A stretch of 63,663 nt of DNA, the filler included, from Octopus bimaculoides (taxonomy: Eukaryota), in NCBI RefSeq assembly GCF_001194135.2. It is 4 parts of 4 records of this genome, joined end to end, with 100 filler letters (N's around TTAATTAATTAA, not from the genome) between each part and the next. Parts side by side here need not be neighbours in the genome. Positions count along the whole stretch, not along the records: positions 1 to 19,355 come from NC_069003.1; positions 19,456 to 49,136 come from NC_068985.1; 2 more parts are not named here. The stretch is one strand, 5' to 3'. Every line of letters starts with the position of its first letter. The first letter of the stretch is position 1. Shown piece after piece: positions 13,154-24,670 of this stretch. Below the pieces are notes generated by a model that saw only the letters and a list, made by a program, of their open reading frames with translations, had not been told where the DNA came from and did not search any database. A program made the position numbers and the translations under genes.

Positions 13154-14395
13154 AAGGCGGTGAGCTGGCAGAGTAGTTATCATGCTGGGGAAAATGCTTA
13201 GCGATAATTCATCTGTCTTTAAGTTCTAAGTTCAAATTCCGCCGAGGTCGACTTTCGCATTCGGGGTCGATAAATTAAGTACCAGTGAAACACTTGGGTC
13301 GATCTAGTCGACTAGTCCCCACCTTACAAGTTTGGGGCTTTGAACCTCCAGTAGACAAGATTATTACGCTATTGATTTAAGGCGACGCACCGGTTGGACG
13401 GTTTGCACGTCGGACAAAATGCTTAGCGGTATTTCGTTCGTCTTTATGTTCTCAGTTCAAATTCGACTGGAGACGAGCTCACCTATCATTTTGTTGGGGT
13501 GGGGTCGATAAAATTAGTACCAGCTGAATACTGGTGTTGACGTAATCAATTTCCCCTACCCTCAAAAACTGCTTTTACCAAGATTTGAAACCGTTATTAC
13601 ACCATACACTATTTTGCGATAAAATAAGTACCAGTTAAATACTGAGGTCGATGTGATCGGCATGCACCCTCCCCCGAATACGATGGCATTGTGCCAAACT
13701 TTTCAATCCTTATTACATTATACGAACTCGGCAAGTTGGTAGAATCGTTAGAGCGCCGAGCAAAATGCTTAGCGGCCTTAAGTTCTGAGCTCAAATTTCT
13801 CCGAGGTCGACTTCGCCTTTCATCATTACGGGGTCGATAAATTAAGTACCATTCAAGCACTGGGGTCGATTTCATCGATCTTCCCCCCTCTGCCAAAATT
13901 TCGGGCCTTGTGCCTATAATTATTTCACTAAACACCTTAAGGTGGTGAGCTGGCAAAGCCGTTAGTACGTCGAACAAAATGCCAAGCGTTCTTTCGTCCG
14001 TCTTTTGGTTCTGCGTTCAAATTTCGCTTAGAGCTGCTTTGCTTTTCATCGTTTCCGGGTCGATAAAATAAGTACCGGCCAAGTACTGGGGTCGATGTAG
14101 TCGACTTCAGCGTCCCCTAAAATGCTATGGACTTCTAGCGACATTTGAAACTAGACTACTAGATTAATAGACTAAAGTATAAGGCGGCGAGCTGGCAAAA
14201 TCGTTAGCACGCCACATTAATAGCTTAATGGTATCTCCTCTGGCTTTACGTTCTGGGTTCAAATTGCGCTGAGGTCGACCTTACCTTCCATCCTTTCGGG
14301 GTTCATGAAATAAGATACCAGTAGAGAACTGGTCTCGCTATAATCGACTAGGTCCCTACCACAAAATTTCAGGCCTTATGCCTGTTATAGAAACA
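13154..14395 (+). mobile_element. Head-to-tail array of SINE family B copies (five heads plus one partial)
   Basis: Heads at about 13154, 13379, 13728, 13938 and 14180. Copies carry the B box gagttcaaatt and the central domain gtcgactttgcctttcatcctttcggggtcgataaa..agtaccag. Confidence 0.88.
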
Positions 14396-14496
14396 CTATA
14401 CTTCAATGCACAGCAGTACTCCGCAGACTTCTACTTACATCTTTCTCGACACTGCATTGCAATACGCGATAACATTAGACACGGTAGCAAAATATA

Positions 14497-14864
14497 TTGT
14501 TGGCACTCCGTCGCTTACGACGTCGAGGGTTCCAGTTGATCCGATCAACGGAACAGCTTACTCGTGAAATTAACGTGCAAGTGGCTGAGCACTCCACAGA
14601 CACGTGTACCATTTAATGTAGTTCTCGGGGATATTCAGCGTGACAAGGCTGACCCTTTGAATTACAGGCACAACAGAAACAGGAAGTAAGAGAAAGTTGT
14701 GGTAAAAGAATACATCAGGGTTCGCCACCATCCCCTGCCGGAGCCTTGTGAAACTTTAGGTGTTTTCGCTCATTAAACACTCACAACGCCCGATCGGGGA
14801 ATCGAAAACGCGATCCTATGATCGCAAGTCCGCTGCCTTAACCACTGGGCCATTGCGCCCCCAC
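14497..14864 (-). mobile_element. SINE family A, full length, probable 18-bp TSD
   Basis: Flanked by acacggtagcaaaatata (14479-14496) and acacggtattaaaatata (14870-14887). Confidence 0.92.
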
Positions 14865-15299
14865 GACAAACACGGTATTAAAATATAACAAACATATTTA
14901 AAAACAAAACGTCTTAAAATTATTTAAGTGAAAAAGAAAGATAACTCTCTTCTAAAATAAATTCTATCTCTTCGAGTTATTTCCCCTGAGAATTCGTTAA
15001 ACTATATGGAATTCACCCACGGGAGAGAATAATATCGAAAGTAGATTTCGTTAATTTACAATGAAAGTTCAATAATCAATAAGAGAAACAGCTGCGTTTT
15101 AATACATAATAATCTATGGTGCACCATCGCACCTTCCCAAGACACCATAGTGCTGTAATCAGTGGGATAATTGAACACTTGTGCGGCTGACGATTGCTTC
15201 GTAGAATCATTGTAGCTCGGTATGAGAAATGCTGTTGTTTGTGCTGTTATGTTTTCTTCTTTTTCTTCTTCTTTTCTTTCTTTTACTTCTTTTTGTTCC

Positions 15300-15460
15300 T
15301 TTTCAGACAGACAGGCAGACGGTCGGGCGGGCGGACGGACAGACAGTCAGACAGACAAACAGGCAGGTAGGTAGGTAGATAGACAGACAGACAGACAGGC
15401 AGACGGACAGACAGGCAGACAGACAGACAAACAAACAGACAGACAAACAGACAGACAAAC

Positions 15461-15499
<39 letters not shown>

Positions 15500-15524
15500 C
15501 GGACAGACAGACAGACAGATAGGC

Positions 15525-15575
<51 letters not shown>

Positions 15576-15616
15576 AAGATAGGTTGGTAGGTAGGTAAGT
15601 AGGAAGGTAGGTAGGT
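15300..15616. repeat. Compound tetranucleotide microsatellite (AGAC/AGAT/AGGT/AAAC)
   Basis: Direct reading. Confidence 0.95.
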
Positions 15617-16117
15617 TTCTTTCTTAGCCACGCAGGGCCAAACAGAGGGGATAATACAATGTAGATTCTTTTTTCTTTTTCGAAATCAATCAATGAGGAG
15701 AGAAGAATTTTTTTAACGTATAAACAGAGAAATAACAGAGAAGTCGTTGTTAAACAATAAACATTGTCAAAAGGGGGGACGAAATGTGATATCGATTAGG
15801 TTTATCTGTGGGAAGAAAAACCTACGCAAAAGAAGCACTGTAACCTCGAAAACGAAAACGGAAAGCATTAACCTGAGAGCAAGGTGATCTTTCTCTCTTT
15901 CATTTATAGGATCATGCTCGAGGTGGTTCCGTCATTCATGCGTACCATTCTTGCCACATGTGGTTGGTAAGCAAGGTACTTACCACACAGCCTCTCCTCC
16001 GCCTGCTGTGTATATTATACATAAAGCAAGTTTATAAACGTCACTAAAGTGACAAGGGTTCACAGTGATACCAGCATTGCTAGAAATAAGAGTCAAAATT
16101 ACTCATTAGCCACAAAA

Positions 16118-16180
<63 letters not shown>

Positions 16181-16181
16181 A

Positions 16182-16340
16182 ATGATGGGCATCTTTCAGG
16201 TTCCGTCTACCAAATCCATTCCCAAGAATTTGGCCGTGCTGATATCATAGTAAAAGACACTTGCCCAAGGTTCCACGCAGTGGGACTGAACCCAGAACCA
16301 AGTAGATGGGAACCCAGCAGCTTACCACACATACACACCA
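16182..16340 (-). mobile_element. SINE family C 5' half (CORE-like ccttgggcaagtgtcttctactatagc)
   Basis: Reverse complement matches 50391-50550; abuts the (TA)n tract that is this family's internal microsatellite. Confidence 0.8.
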
Positions 16341-16640
16341 ACTTGGTTCAATAATTTAAATATGTACAGGAATCAGGCCAAGGACTTTATTGTAATGTAT
16401 ATGCATGTTAGTGAATGTGATTGTGTCTGTGTATATGTAAGTGTTTGTGGGTGAGAGTCATTGAAAGCTTTCAAAGGCTGAAAACGTTGACAGCTGTTTC
16501 GAACACCGGATATATATATATTCATTTAAATTCATTCATTTTATTGGCAAAGTCCTTCCTAGCTTTCAGTCACGCTATTTGCCTAATTTGAACTACGTGT
16601 ACTGATTTGCATATATTGATGTGTGTATTTACACATGTGC

Positions 16641-16756
16641 GTGTGGGTGGGTGGGTGCTCGCGCGCGCGTATCTGCGTGTGCGGGTGGGTGGGTGCTCGC
16701 GCGCGCGTATCTGCGTGTGTGGGTGGGTGGGTGTTTGCGCGCGCGCGTGTATCTGC
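16641..16756. repeat. Three-unit 36-42 bp minisatellite: (GGGT)3 + (CG)n + tatctgc
   Basis: Units start at 16641, 16677 and 16715. Confidence 0.9.
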
Positions 16757-17080
16757 GTGTGCGTGTGGGTGTGTCTTAGTGAAGTCTACCGAAACTCGAC
16801 TCAATGTAATTATACGAGAAATTAGTTTCTAATCTAAATCTCTGGAAACAAATATTCATCAACGCTTAATGAGTTTAGCGTTATAATTACACCTCCATAT
16901 GTATGGTAGCTTGTAATTTCAGTGCCTCAAGCATGGAAGCTTACATCGAGCCATATTATATTTTACAAATGTTAAACATAGAAAATTTGGCTAACTAGTG
17001 AACGATTTGTTTTGGCAATAATCTACATCTGTATGTCAGTGAAAAATTATTTATCAAAATATAGAGTGAACTAAGATTCG

Positions 17081-17111
17081 CTGAAGAGATGGAATAAGTC
17101 CGAAACATATC
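17081..17111 (+). ncRNA. Degenerate hammerhead-like motif
   Basis: CUGAAGA-gat-gga(ataag)tcc-GAAAC-atat-c; intact core, stem II and GAAAC, but the GU of stem III is missing. Confidence 0.4.
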
Positions 17112-17592
17112 AGAGTTATTCCCCATACTTCTAAACATCAAACTCACTTTCGTCCCCTTGCGATTGATAATTTCACGTGTTTTGATAGCCAACGATGAAA
17201 AGATTGTGAGACGATCAATCTAAAAGCAACAAAGATTCGAACCTCGTACCTCATGTCTCGTGCCTCCAACTGCCACTTAGTTCTTTGTACTCTCAAATCG
17301 AAGTAGGGGTGAATAAATTGCTTGGGTCTATCAAATTTCCCCCGTTACTCCTCAATCAAAACAGTTTTAGGAAATTCGCATGCAAAGCAAATGCATTCAC
17401 GGCTTGGTAAACATGAAAACAAACACTTATACACACGCAATCGTACAAAGACAAACACGGCACAAGCACAAACACACACACACACACACACACGCCCCTA
17501 CTCCTACTGCGCACACACACACACGCACAACTACAGACACTAACATACATAACATCAAATGAATACATTGGCCTCGTTCAGCAATACACATA

Positions 17593-17630
17593 ATGATGAT
17601 TGGAAGAACAACGACCGAAACACGCGTGTC
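17593..17630 (+). ncRNA. Degenerate hammerhead-like motif
   Basis: aUGAUGA-tt-gg...cc-GAAAC-acgcgt-GUC; perfect palindrome acacgcgtgt as stem III; C3A mutation. Confidence 0.4.
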
Positions 17631-17801
17631 GTCACAAGGAAAAACACATTAAAAGAACGAAACATTCAGCAGATTTTACCAAGGAAACAAAGGCAGATTG
17701 TGGAATTTATGATTAAAAAGAACAAGATTAACACAAATAGCATTTAAAATAATTTATTTATTTGCTTCATCATATACATTTTATATTATTTCTTTAAGAA
17801 G

Positions 17802-18212
17802 AATCCGTGATGGAATTTATAAATATTTCAATGCATCGCTACGTCCGTTTCCACATGCTACATGTTTATTACGATCAAAGTTTGCATTCCTGAGATGATT
17901 ACAGTGCAATCCGTAATGGACGTCGAGTGGATCTTAGTTCACACGTTCATTCCATCAGACGATATGGCATTAAAGTTGTAAGCAACGAATGTGTAACTGA
18001 AAGAAAATATCTTTCAGCTATTAATGCCATGATGAGAAACCCTGATGAGATGAAGGCATGCACTAAGTTCCACCCGACGTCCATGAAAATTAATTATTAT
18101 ACTCTAATCAACAGTCTACCAAGGAATACGGACTTTGATCGTAAGAAAAATGTGACATGTGGAAACGCGCGTAGCGATACATTAAAATATTGATAAATTC
18201 CATCCAAGGATT
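17802..18212. repeat. Imperfect foldback (palindromic) element of about 410 bp, MITE-like
   Basis: Left arm gatggaatttataaatatttcaatgcatcgctacgtccgtttccacatg...ttacgatcaaagt...atggacgtcgagtggatcttagt pairs with the right arm; central hairpin ctgaaaga-aaata-tctttcag. Confidence 0.85.
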
Positions 18213-18758
18213 ATTTTTATTATTATTTATATATTTGTCCTCTGTACCGTCAAAGTTCGGTTCAACCCCCAAAACACTGCTATTGCAAGTTGGTACCATT
18301 AGGCTGTTGGTGACATAATAATAGAAACTTTAAAACGTTATATGTACCTATATATNNNNNNNNNNNNNNNNNNNNNNNNNNNNNNNNNNNNNNNNNNNNN
18401 NNNNNNNNNNNNNNNNNNNNNNNNNNNNNNNNNNNNNNNNNNNNNNNNNNNNNNNNNNNNNNNNNNNNNNNNNNNNNNNNNNNNNNNNNNNNNNNNNNNN
18501 NNNNNNNNNNNNNNNNNNNNNNNNNNNNNNNNNNNNNNNNNNNNNNNNNNNNNNNNNNNNNNNNNNNNNNNNNNNNNNNNNNNNNNNNNNNNNNNNNNNN
18601 NNNNNNNNNNNNNNNNNNNNNNNNNNNNNNNNNNNNNNNNNNNNNNNNNNNNNNNNNNNNNNNNNNNNNNNNNNNNNNNNNNNNNNNNNNNNNNNNNNNN
18701 NNNNNNNNNNNATATATATATTTCACTTCATAGCGAAGAGATGGCTCAACATCGGTAA

Positions 18759-18804
18759 AGAAATTTGAGAAATGTTAAAAGAAAATGCGAAACCGGTTAT
18801 TTCT
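18759..18804 (+). ncRNA. Minimal hammerhead-like motif, U3:A8 core, perfect 6-bp stem I, decayed stem II
   Basis: agaaat-UUGAGAA-(atgttaaaagaaaatgc)-GAAAC-CG-GU-U-atttct. Confidence 0.4.
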
Positions 18805-19355
18805 CCAAAAATAATATTACTTTACATAAAATTTTATAACTTTTTCCTTACATAACGATTTAAATATATTCTTTAACCATATAACACAAGTCTTCTGCAG
18901 TGTTTCCACTCTATTTCGTCTTGTATAAATCCAACCACGTGTTTTTACACATATATATATATATTATATATAGCAGCTGGAAACAATATATAATGGAGAG
19001 TAGCAATATATAAGATAGTACAAACATACGCACCTGCGCATATGTAAGCATGTGTATATGTAATGCATACTATTACGAAGATAGCACACTATTCCAGAAA
19101 ATTTGAATATTTATGTGTGTGTGTGTGTGAGGGTTTGAGAGACAGACAGATAGACAGAGAAAGTGAGTGTGTATTTCAGAATCTGTGTGTGGCTTTCTGT
19201 CCGTGGATGTGTATGAGAGTTGGAAGTTATTTGTGTTTTTATGTGCAATATAGAAGAAAATATATATATGTATATCTTATTGTAAGAAGATATGCATAAA
19301 GTGTTAAGATATGTGATAAACGTACAAGTATATGCATAAATATATATATATATAT

Positions 19356-19455
19356 NNNNNNNNNNNNNNNNNNNNNNNNNNNNNNNNNNNNNNNNNNNNT
19401 TAATTAATTAANNNNNNNNNNNNNNNNNNNNNNNNNNNNNNNNNNNNNNNNNNNN
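19356..19455. other. Artificial scaffold spacer N44-TTAATTAATTAA-N44
   Basis: Exactly 100 bp with a six-frame stop linker; identical spacers at 49137 and 55608. Confidence 0.95.
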
Positions 19456-19737
19456 CCCCCAAGAAAAGCTCTACTTTGTAATTTGTCCATTTTCTGTATT
19501 TAGCCCTGTGTGGCTATAATAAAAAGATATCTATAATCTGATTTTCTGTGTGTGTGCGCGTGTGCGCGTGTGCGTGTCTGTCTGTCTGTCTGTCGATCTA
19601 TTTATCTATCTGTCTGTTTGTCTGTCTGTCTCTCTTTCTGCCAGCCTGCCTGCCTGTCTCCCCCTACCCCAACCCTTGCCTCTTCCTCCGTATATACCAC
19701 TTGAAAAGACCTGATTCATACACTTCTTAATGTTACC

Positions 19738-19890
19738 ATGGAGACCAACCTTATCATAGCTAATGTTTTTTAGATGTTATGCTCGATTTGGACACCGGTT
19801 TATACAAACGCTATTGTAAACCTAATGAAAGGCTATAGTCTTTAAGAAAACTTCGTAAAGCTTATCGAGGAATTTATCCTCGATTAAAGT
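19738..19890 (+). mobile_element. Short Penelope-like (Naiad-like) RT fragment
   Basis: ETNLIIANVF/LDVMLDLDTGLYKRYCKPN resembles ETNLKIVNFLDVTLDLNTG.YKPY.KPN. Confidence 0.7.
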
Positions 19891-20227
19891 TATTTTTGAC
19901 GTCACGACCCCCTATTACAACGAGTTACTTGCAGAAAACTGGTTTAAGGGCTGTAGTAACTATATGTTACGACCTAACACCCGCCTAAAGAACGCACAGG
20001 TGGGAGGTAACTCGATGCAACAGCATTGCTACTAACCGGAAAAAAACCAACACCGTGACCGTTGAGAAAGAATATAAATATGTACGTGCAATCTACAGCT
20101 ATCTGTATATTTAAAGAGCAGACTGTATAGTGCGCACTGTACAACACTCTCCTTAAATTTTGCAGAAACATTTATAAATCAACGTGGAAGGTGATAACTG
20201 AGCATGCATTCCGCCCACAGTTTACTA

Positions 20228-21539
20228 TTGGGTTGGCAACTAAGTTCCCGCAGTCTTTTTTAAATTTAAATTTTTTAACAGGTTTAATATAAAATAACAA
20301 CTAATCAGTCAATAATGTATTCACCCTTGTTGTTTACAACTTCCCAACGTTCAACAAGATTTCCAATACCTCGTTGGTAGAGATCAACCGATTTCGACTC
20401 GAAAAATTGATCCAACCAAGCTCTCAATTCTGCATCAGTATTGAACGATACTCCGCGCATAGCATTTGAAAGAGATCGAAAGAGGTGGAAATCCGTTGGT
20501 GCCAAATCAGGAGAGTAAAGCAGGTGTAGCAGCATTTCCCAGCCATGCATTTGAATGGCTTCCTTGGTCATATTGGCGATATGAAGGCGGGCGTTGTCGT
20601 GCAGCAGAAGAACTCCATGCTGTCGATTAGGTCTTTTCTCTTGAATAGCCATGTTGAGTCGTTCCAACTGTTGAACGTAGAGTTCCGCGTTGACCGTTTG
20701 GTTCCGTTCATGCAATTCGTAATGGATAATCCCTTCTCAGTCCCACCATACGCACAACATCGTTTTACGTGGATGAAGATCTTGTTTCATGCGCGGTGTC
20801 GCTTGTTTACCGGGGATAAGCCATTTCTGACGATGCTTCATCTTGATGTACAGGCACCATTTTTCGTCGCCAGTAACGATTCGGTAAAGAAATCGTTGCT
20901 TGTGTCCATGAGTTGAGTGGTGACGAGCAAGCAAACCAGCGGAGATTGTGACTCGTTGATTTTTGTTGTTGTCACTTAAAGCATGCGGAACGCATGCTCC
21001 ATACTTCTGAACCTTTCCCATCAAGTGAAGATGCTTCTCTATAGCAGTGTGGGAGAATTCCATTTTCTCTGCCAGTTCCTTCGTCGTTTGACGAGAATTT
21101 TCGTGCAAAAGTTGGTTTAATCGCTCTTCATCGAACTCAACTGGACGGCCAGAACGAGGTGCGTCTTTGAGGTCAAAATTTCCATTTTTTAACTTGGCAT
21201 ACCAATCACGAGCGGTTCTTTCAACTATGGCACCCTCTCCATACACAGCACAAATGTCGCGAACAGCTTTTGCGGCCTTAGAACCTTGATTATAAGCAAA
21301 AAGAAGGAGGTGTCGAAAATGCTCGTTTTTCTTAACTTGACATTCCATTTTAATGATCTGAAAATAAACAAAAATTAAACTAAAATTAATTAGAAAAAAA
21401 ACCCAACAAAAACAAAACATATTCCAAAATGATTCAAAAATAGAATTCTTGAAAAAAAAAAAGATATATATTCCAAAATTTAAAGACGCAATGAATTCCA
21501 AAATTTAAAAAGACGGCGGGAAATTAGTTGCCAATCCAA
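20228..21539 (-). mobile_element. Full-length mariner transposon (1312 bp) with TIRs and TA TSD; mellifera-like
   Basis: Left TA|ttgggttggcaactaagttcccgcagtctttt; right aaagacggcgggaaattagttgccaatccaa|TA; internal transposase. Confidence 0.97.
20305..21348 (-). pseudogene. Mariner DD34D transposase (347 codons) with one in-frame TGA at 20737-20739
   Basis: MECQVKKNEHFRHLLLF...SGRP...CVPHAL (WVPHEL)...TGDEKW...WWD*EG...HDNA...YSPDLAPTDF...EYIID*. The two track ORFs (20737..21501, 20305..20715) are in the same frame. Confidence 0.96.
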
Positions 21540-21617
21540 TATTTTCTAACGATACATACATACATACATACATACATACGTACATACATACGTACGTACG
21601 TACGTACATACATACAT

Positions 21618-22030
21618 AACCTGATATAATGATTTGGGATAGAGAAGAGAAACTGTGCACAGTTGTGGAAATCAGCTACCCTGCGGATATTAACATAAAG
21701 CTGAAGATCAATGAAAAAGAGAGCATTATGCTGAACTATTGAGGAATCTGGAGTTACTCTATCCCGATTACAAGTTCAGGTTTATACCTGTAATTATTGG
21801 GGCCCTGGGATATATAACACGCCGCCTAAATACCGATCTTGAGAAATTAGGCTTTTCAAATCCTGAAAGGAGAAAACTAATTCGGAGACTACAGATCTAA
21901 TCCATCACCGGAACTGTAGATATCTGTAAAACTTGCCAGAAGTTTATCTAAATATATATGAGCATGTCTAGATATGTAGCTATATGCATAAGAATACAAA
22001 CATAAAACAAAACATACAAATCTGCACATA
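21618..22030 (+). mobile_element. 5'-truncated 3' end of an RLE-type (R4/Dong-like) non-LTR retrotransposon
   Basis: KPDIMIWDREEKLCTVVEISYPADINIKLKINEKE..YAELLRNL...FRFIPVIIGALG...ICKT is the PD..D/E..K restriction-like endonuclease region; (TACA)n on both sides. Confidence 0.85.
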
Positions 22031-22980
22031 TACATACATACATACATACATACATACATACATACATACATACATACATACGCAACTATATGTATATATA
22101 NNNNNNNNNNNNNNNNNNNNNNNNNNNNNNNNNNNNNNNNNNNNNNNNNNNNNNNNNNNNNNNNNNNNNNNNNNNNNNNNNNNNNNNNNNNNNNNNNNNN
22201 NNNNNNNNNNNNNNNNNNNNNNNNNNNNNNNNNNNNNNNNNNNNNNNNNNNNNNNNNNNNNNNNNNNNNNNNNNNNNNNNNNNNNNNNNNNNNNNNNNNN
22301 NNNNNNNNNNNNNNNNNNNNNNNNNNNNNNNNNNNNNNNNNNNNNNNNNNNNNNNNNNNNNNNNNNNNNNNNNNNNNNNNNNNNNNNNNNNNNNNNNNNN
22401 NNNNNNNNNNNNNNNNNNNNNNNNNNNNNNNNNNNNNNNNNNNNNNNNNNNNNNNNNNNNNNNNNNNNNNNNNNNNNNNNNNNNNNNNNNNNNNNNNNNN
22501 NNNNNNNNNNNNNNNNNNNNNNNNNNNNNNNNNNNNNNNNNNNNNNNNNNNNNNNNNNNNNNNNNNNNNNNNNNNNNNNNNNNNNNNNNNNNNNNNNNNN
22601 NNNNNNNNNNNNNNNNNNNNNNNNNNNNNNNNNNNNNNNNNNNNNNNNNNNNNNNNNNNNNNNNNNNNNNNNNNNNNNNNNNNNNNNNNNNNNNNNNNNN
22701 NNNNNNNNNNNNNNNNNNNNNNNNNNNNNNNNNNNNNNNNNNNNNNNNNNNNNNNNNNNNNNNNNNNNNNNNNNNNNNNNNNNNNNNNNNNNNNNNNNNN
22801 NNNNNNNNNNNNNNNNNNNNNNNNNNNNNNNNNNNNNNNNNNNNNNNNNNNNNNNNNNNNNNNNNNNNNNNNNNNNNNNNNNNNNNNNNNNNNNNNNNNN
22901 NNNNNNNNNNNNNNNNNNNNNNNNNNNNNNNNNNNNNNNNNNNNNNNNNNNNNNNNNNNNNNNNNNNNNNNNNNNNNNNN

Positions 22981-23010
22981 ACTCTAACCACTGGGCCATT
23001 GCTTCTCCAC
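22981..23010 (-). mobile_element. tRNA-SINE head (family A/F) emerging from a gap
   Basis: Reverse complement gtggagaagcaatggcccagtggttagagt. Confidence 0.7.
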
Positions 23011-23165
23011 AGGCAGGATAAGTACCAGACTTTACTAATAAAAAAAAGAAAAAAAATTCACTGCGAACAATTTATTTGATTGAACTCTTCAATGTGATGC
23101 TCTCAGCATAGTCGCTGTCCAATGACTAAAACAAGTAAAATGGAAGAGATGGAAGGCACACGCAC

Positions 23166-23204
<39 letters not shown>

Positions 23205-23428
23205 CAAAAATACACGCACGCAAACACACACACACACATGAAAACATACACGCACGCAAACACACACACACATGCAAACATACACGCACGCATACGCAAA
23301 CATATACACAATCATACGCACAAGCGCACACACACACATGCACATTTGAATTTTTAATTTGACCTTGTTTGGCAAGTGTTTCTAAGTAAGACCGTTAACC
23401 GGAGGTACTCAAGTCTATCGAAGCTGTG

Positions 23429-23558
23429 TCACTGTAGCCATTAAAAACATATTGTAACGTTCACATTTCTACTTAGTATCATGTAGCATTATATATTATG
23501 GTTACAAAAGAATGAAATACAAGTGGATGTATGAACGTGTTTTTAATGGCAACAATGA
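23429..23558. repeat. Imperfect inverted repeat of about 130 bp
   Basis: tcactgtagccattaaaaaca...cgttca / tgaacgtgtttttaatggcaacaatga. Confidence 0.7.
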
Positions 23559-23834
23559 CTTCATCTCAATGGAATTGTTTTCGCCACCACTCATGATTTC
23601 AGAGATCATCACATTTCTTTGCCACCAAATTCGACAGAAGAATACCCAACTAAATATAATAATTTAAGAGGATTAAATGATTAGTGAGTTGTATTTGGTT
23701 TCCAAAATTTTTTGATGTGAACTTATGTGTTGAAACATACTTTATTGTACGTTGTGAGGTGGACGTCATTATTCTAATAATAAACACAAGCACTGGTTCT
23801 ATTTCACTTCTTTTCTGATCATTAGTTTCATTGA

Positions 23835-24425
23835 TTAAAGTAGCGAGATGGCAAAATCGTTAGCACGCCGGGTAAGTACTTGGCGGCATTTCGTCCATCT
23901 CTACGTTCTTGAGTTCAAATTTCGCCGAAGTCAATTTTGCCTTTCACCCTTGTGAGGGTCGATAAATTTGTACCAGTTGAACACTGAAGTCGATGCAATC
24001 GACTTATCTTCTCCCATGTAATTTCTGATCTAGTGCCAAAATTTAAAATCGCTATTAGTCTTATTGGCGCCGGACAAAATACTCCACGGCATTTCTTCCG
24101 GCTCTTTACCTATTGAATGATATGTTACCATGTTCGATTTCGCCTTTCATCCTTTCAAAGTAGATGAGATAATTACCCCAAAACTTCAGGTCTTGTGCTT
24201 ATAGTAAAAAGAATAATTATAAGGTGGTGAGTTGGTACAATGTTACCGCGCAGGACAAAATGCCTAGCGGCGTTTCTTTAGGCGCTTTACGTTCTGAGTT
24301 CAGATGCCACTGAGGTCGACCTTGCCTATCACTCTTTCGGGGTTGACAAAATAAGTTCCAGTTGAACAGAGGTCAATGTAATCAGTTTTCCCTTCCCTCA
24401 AAATTGTGCCAAAATTAGAAAGAAA
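23835..24425 (+). mobile_element. Cluster of three old SINE family B copies
   Basis: Heads at about 23838, 24066 (partial) and 24220, with B box and central domain. Confidence 0.8.
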
Positions 24426-24427
24426 TT

Positions 24428-24670
24428 ATTATTAGTCAATTGGTTAACCAATTAACTGATCGATTTGTTTAAATTGATCTTTCGGTCAAACAGTCAGCTA
24501 GCTAGGCCTGACACACCTGAAGCAAACCTAGAATACAAAGGGCTTCGATCGATGTGGTTAGGAATGGCGATGAAGGGACTTTGACAGACCTAACTGGTTG
24601 AATGACCAAACGATTTATCAAGCAACAAATTATTTAATTGCCTAAATGGTTAACTAGTTGGATAATAATA
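24428..24670. repeat. Degenerate foldback element
   Basis: ttattattagtcaattggttaaccaatta versus reverse complement ttattattatccaactagttaaccattta. Confidence 0.55.

Noticed and set aside
13154-14395. Regularly spaced repeats resembling a CRISPR-like array
   Set aside because: The units are about 220-bp Pol III SINE copies in eukaryotic DNA, with no short identical repeat-spacer structure.
17945-18084. Minus-strand peptide MDVGWNLVHAFISSGFLIMALIAERYFLSVTHSL, resembling GPCR TM3/ERY
   Set aside because: It is bounded by stops, has no usable splice sites, and lies wholly inside the 410-bp palindrome, so it is likely coincidental.
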